A DNA stretch of 32,000 bases from contig CM030931.1 in assembly GCA_018136815.1 (NCBI GenBank), forward strand, positions 5,791,515 through 5,823,514, in the 5' to 3' direction. The position numbers and the translations under genes were made by a program. Positions 31,161-32,000 of this stretch are shown in pieces. This DNA is from Isochrysis galbana. Taxonomy: Eukaryota. Position 1 is the first letter of the stretch. Each line of letters starts with the position of its first letter. The notes beneath the pieces are model-generated. The model was given only the letters and a program-made list of their open reading frames with translations. It did no database searches and was not told where the DNA came from.

Positions 31161-32000
31161 CAACTATCAGTAAAACTGATAGGGTCATGGGGGCCCCGTG
31201 CCCCCCTTCCTCCATCGCAGACACCCCCTGGTTGGGCCTGCACACTCAACCTCAGCCCCTGCCTGCAGGCAGGGGCTGAGCTGCCATCAGTCTGGCACAG
31301 ACCCTCGCCGAGCGCGCGCTGCGCGCCGCACGCATTCGCCTGCACTGGCCCTCGATCGTACTGACCCCCCACTCCACCACTGAGCCACAGACCACCTGAG
31401 CCGCCAGGAGGGCACCCAAGGCCAGCGAGGCCAGCGAGGGAGAGGCAGGAGAGGCCAGGGGCTCAGCCCCAGCCTCCACTGCCCCCTGAGCTGGCCCAGC
31501 TGGCCCTCTGGGGGGACCCGAGGGGCCCCTCAGAGGGGTGCCATGGCGCGCGCAGGCATCGCACGCCCGTAAGAGAACGAAGAGAACCGCGAGAAAAGAA
31601 CGACAAAAAAACGACACGATCGGACCCAAGAAAAGGTAAGACTCACGCCTGTTTACGGTATGTTTACAGGCCGACACCCCGAGCGACACACGAAGGCCGC
31701 GAAAGCGCGGCGGTACTTAAAAAACACGCGAGAAGAGGGGGCCGAGACCCCCCAGGGGCACGAAGTGTCACATGCAACAGGCGTTTATGTTGGTTTTGCC
31801 ACAGGAACACCACACCAGCAGGCCTGCCCCAGCCCACCCCCTGCACTTGGCCCGTTGCCCGTTGTAGTGCACGCGCCCCCCCCCCCCCCCCGATACCAAA
31901 GACAAAGGAATGAAGGGGGTGGTGTAAGGGAGTGAGTAAACTGGGGTATAGGCGATGTCGTAAGTGAGTACCGTGAGTACGTAGACCCGTATAGCTAGCG
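31161..32000 (+). mobile_element. Second, diverged copy of the same repeat family (runs off the window end)
   Basis: It is collinear with 1537-1935. It starts with an AT hairpin (ctatcagtaaaactgatag, 31164-31182) followed by ggtcatggggg. A GC hairpin is conserved as a perfect 30-bp palindrome at 31251-31280 (ctcagcccctgcc tgca ggcaggggctgag). The block ccaggggctcagccccagcctccactgccccctgagctg matches 1840-1880. The distal half has diverged and includes a C16 run at 31876-31891. Confidence 0.65.

Noticed and set aside
1-32000. Reading the window as prokaryotic, with operons, defence islands or CRISPR.
   Set aside because: Conserved domains (desaturase His box 1, the RRM, the SMP domain, the helicase N-terminal region) are only restored by removing GT-AG introns with polypyrimidine tracts. 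The genes present are eukaryote-typical (SR-like RS domain, SMP, hAT, pogo). No repeat-spacer array or Shine-Dalgarno-led gene cluster is present.

Overview
This window looks like GC-rich eukaryotic nuclear DNA, probably algal or protist, though the organism cannot be named from sequence alone. It is not prokaryotic. Several genes only make sense once short GT-AG introns of 80-212 nt, one possibly about 590 nt, are removed, and those junctions restore conserved domains in frame. Because of the GC content both strands carry long spurious ORFs. Calls therefore rest on recognisable motifs and splice logic, not on ORF length.

Content from left to right:
1. A pogo/Tigger-like DDE transposase pseudogene (99-3373, minus). 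It is a single ORF broken by one in-frame TAG and by a 934-bp repeat insertion with a perfect 16-bp target-site duplication.
2. A 4-exon polytopic membrane protein gene (5270-7326, plus).
3. A small secretory thioredoxin-fold protein lacking CxxC (8458-8946, minus).
4. An intergenic block rich in microsatellites and AT, with an LRR gene fragment (9.2-10.6 kb).
5. An SMP-domain gene of the tricalbin / extended-synaptotagmin type (about 12.3-15.1 kb, minus).
6. A three-exon Delta-9-type fatty-acid desaturase (18164-19475, minus).
7. An intact hAT transposase ORF (21228-23315, minus).
8. Head-to-head with the hAT ORF, a roughly 2018-codon three-exon gene (23894-30287, plus). It fuses SANT/Myb, RRM, an (RSPPRG)n RS domain, KH and a Sen1-type SF1B helicase.
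9. A second diverged copy of the repeat that disrupted the pogo element (31161 to the window end).

No rRNA, tRNA, CRISPR array or prokaryotic defence-type operon could be supported. The most interesting items are the composite RNA-binding helicase, the nested transposon with a long-TSD hairpin-rich repeat family, and recurrent long G/C homopolymer tracts at gene and TE boundaries. No database search or HMM scan was possible, so all family assignments come from motif recognition by eye.
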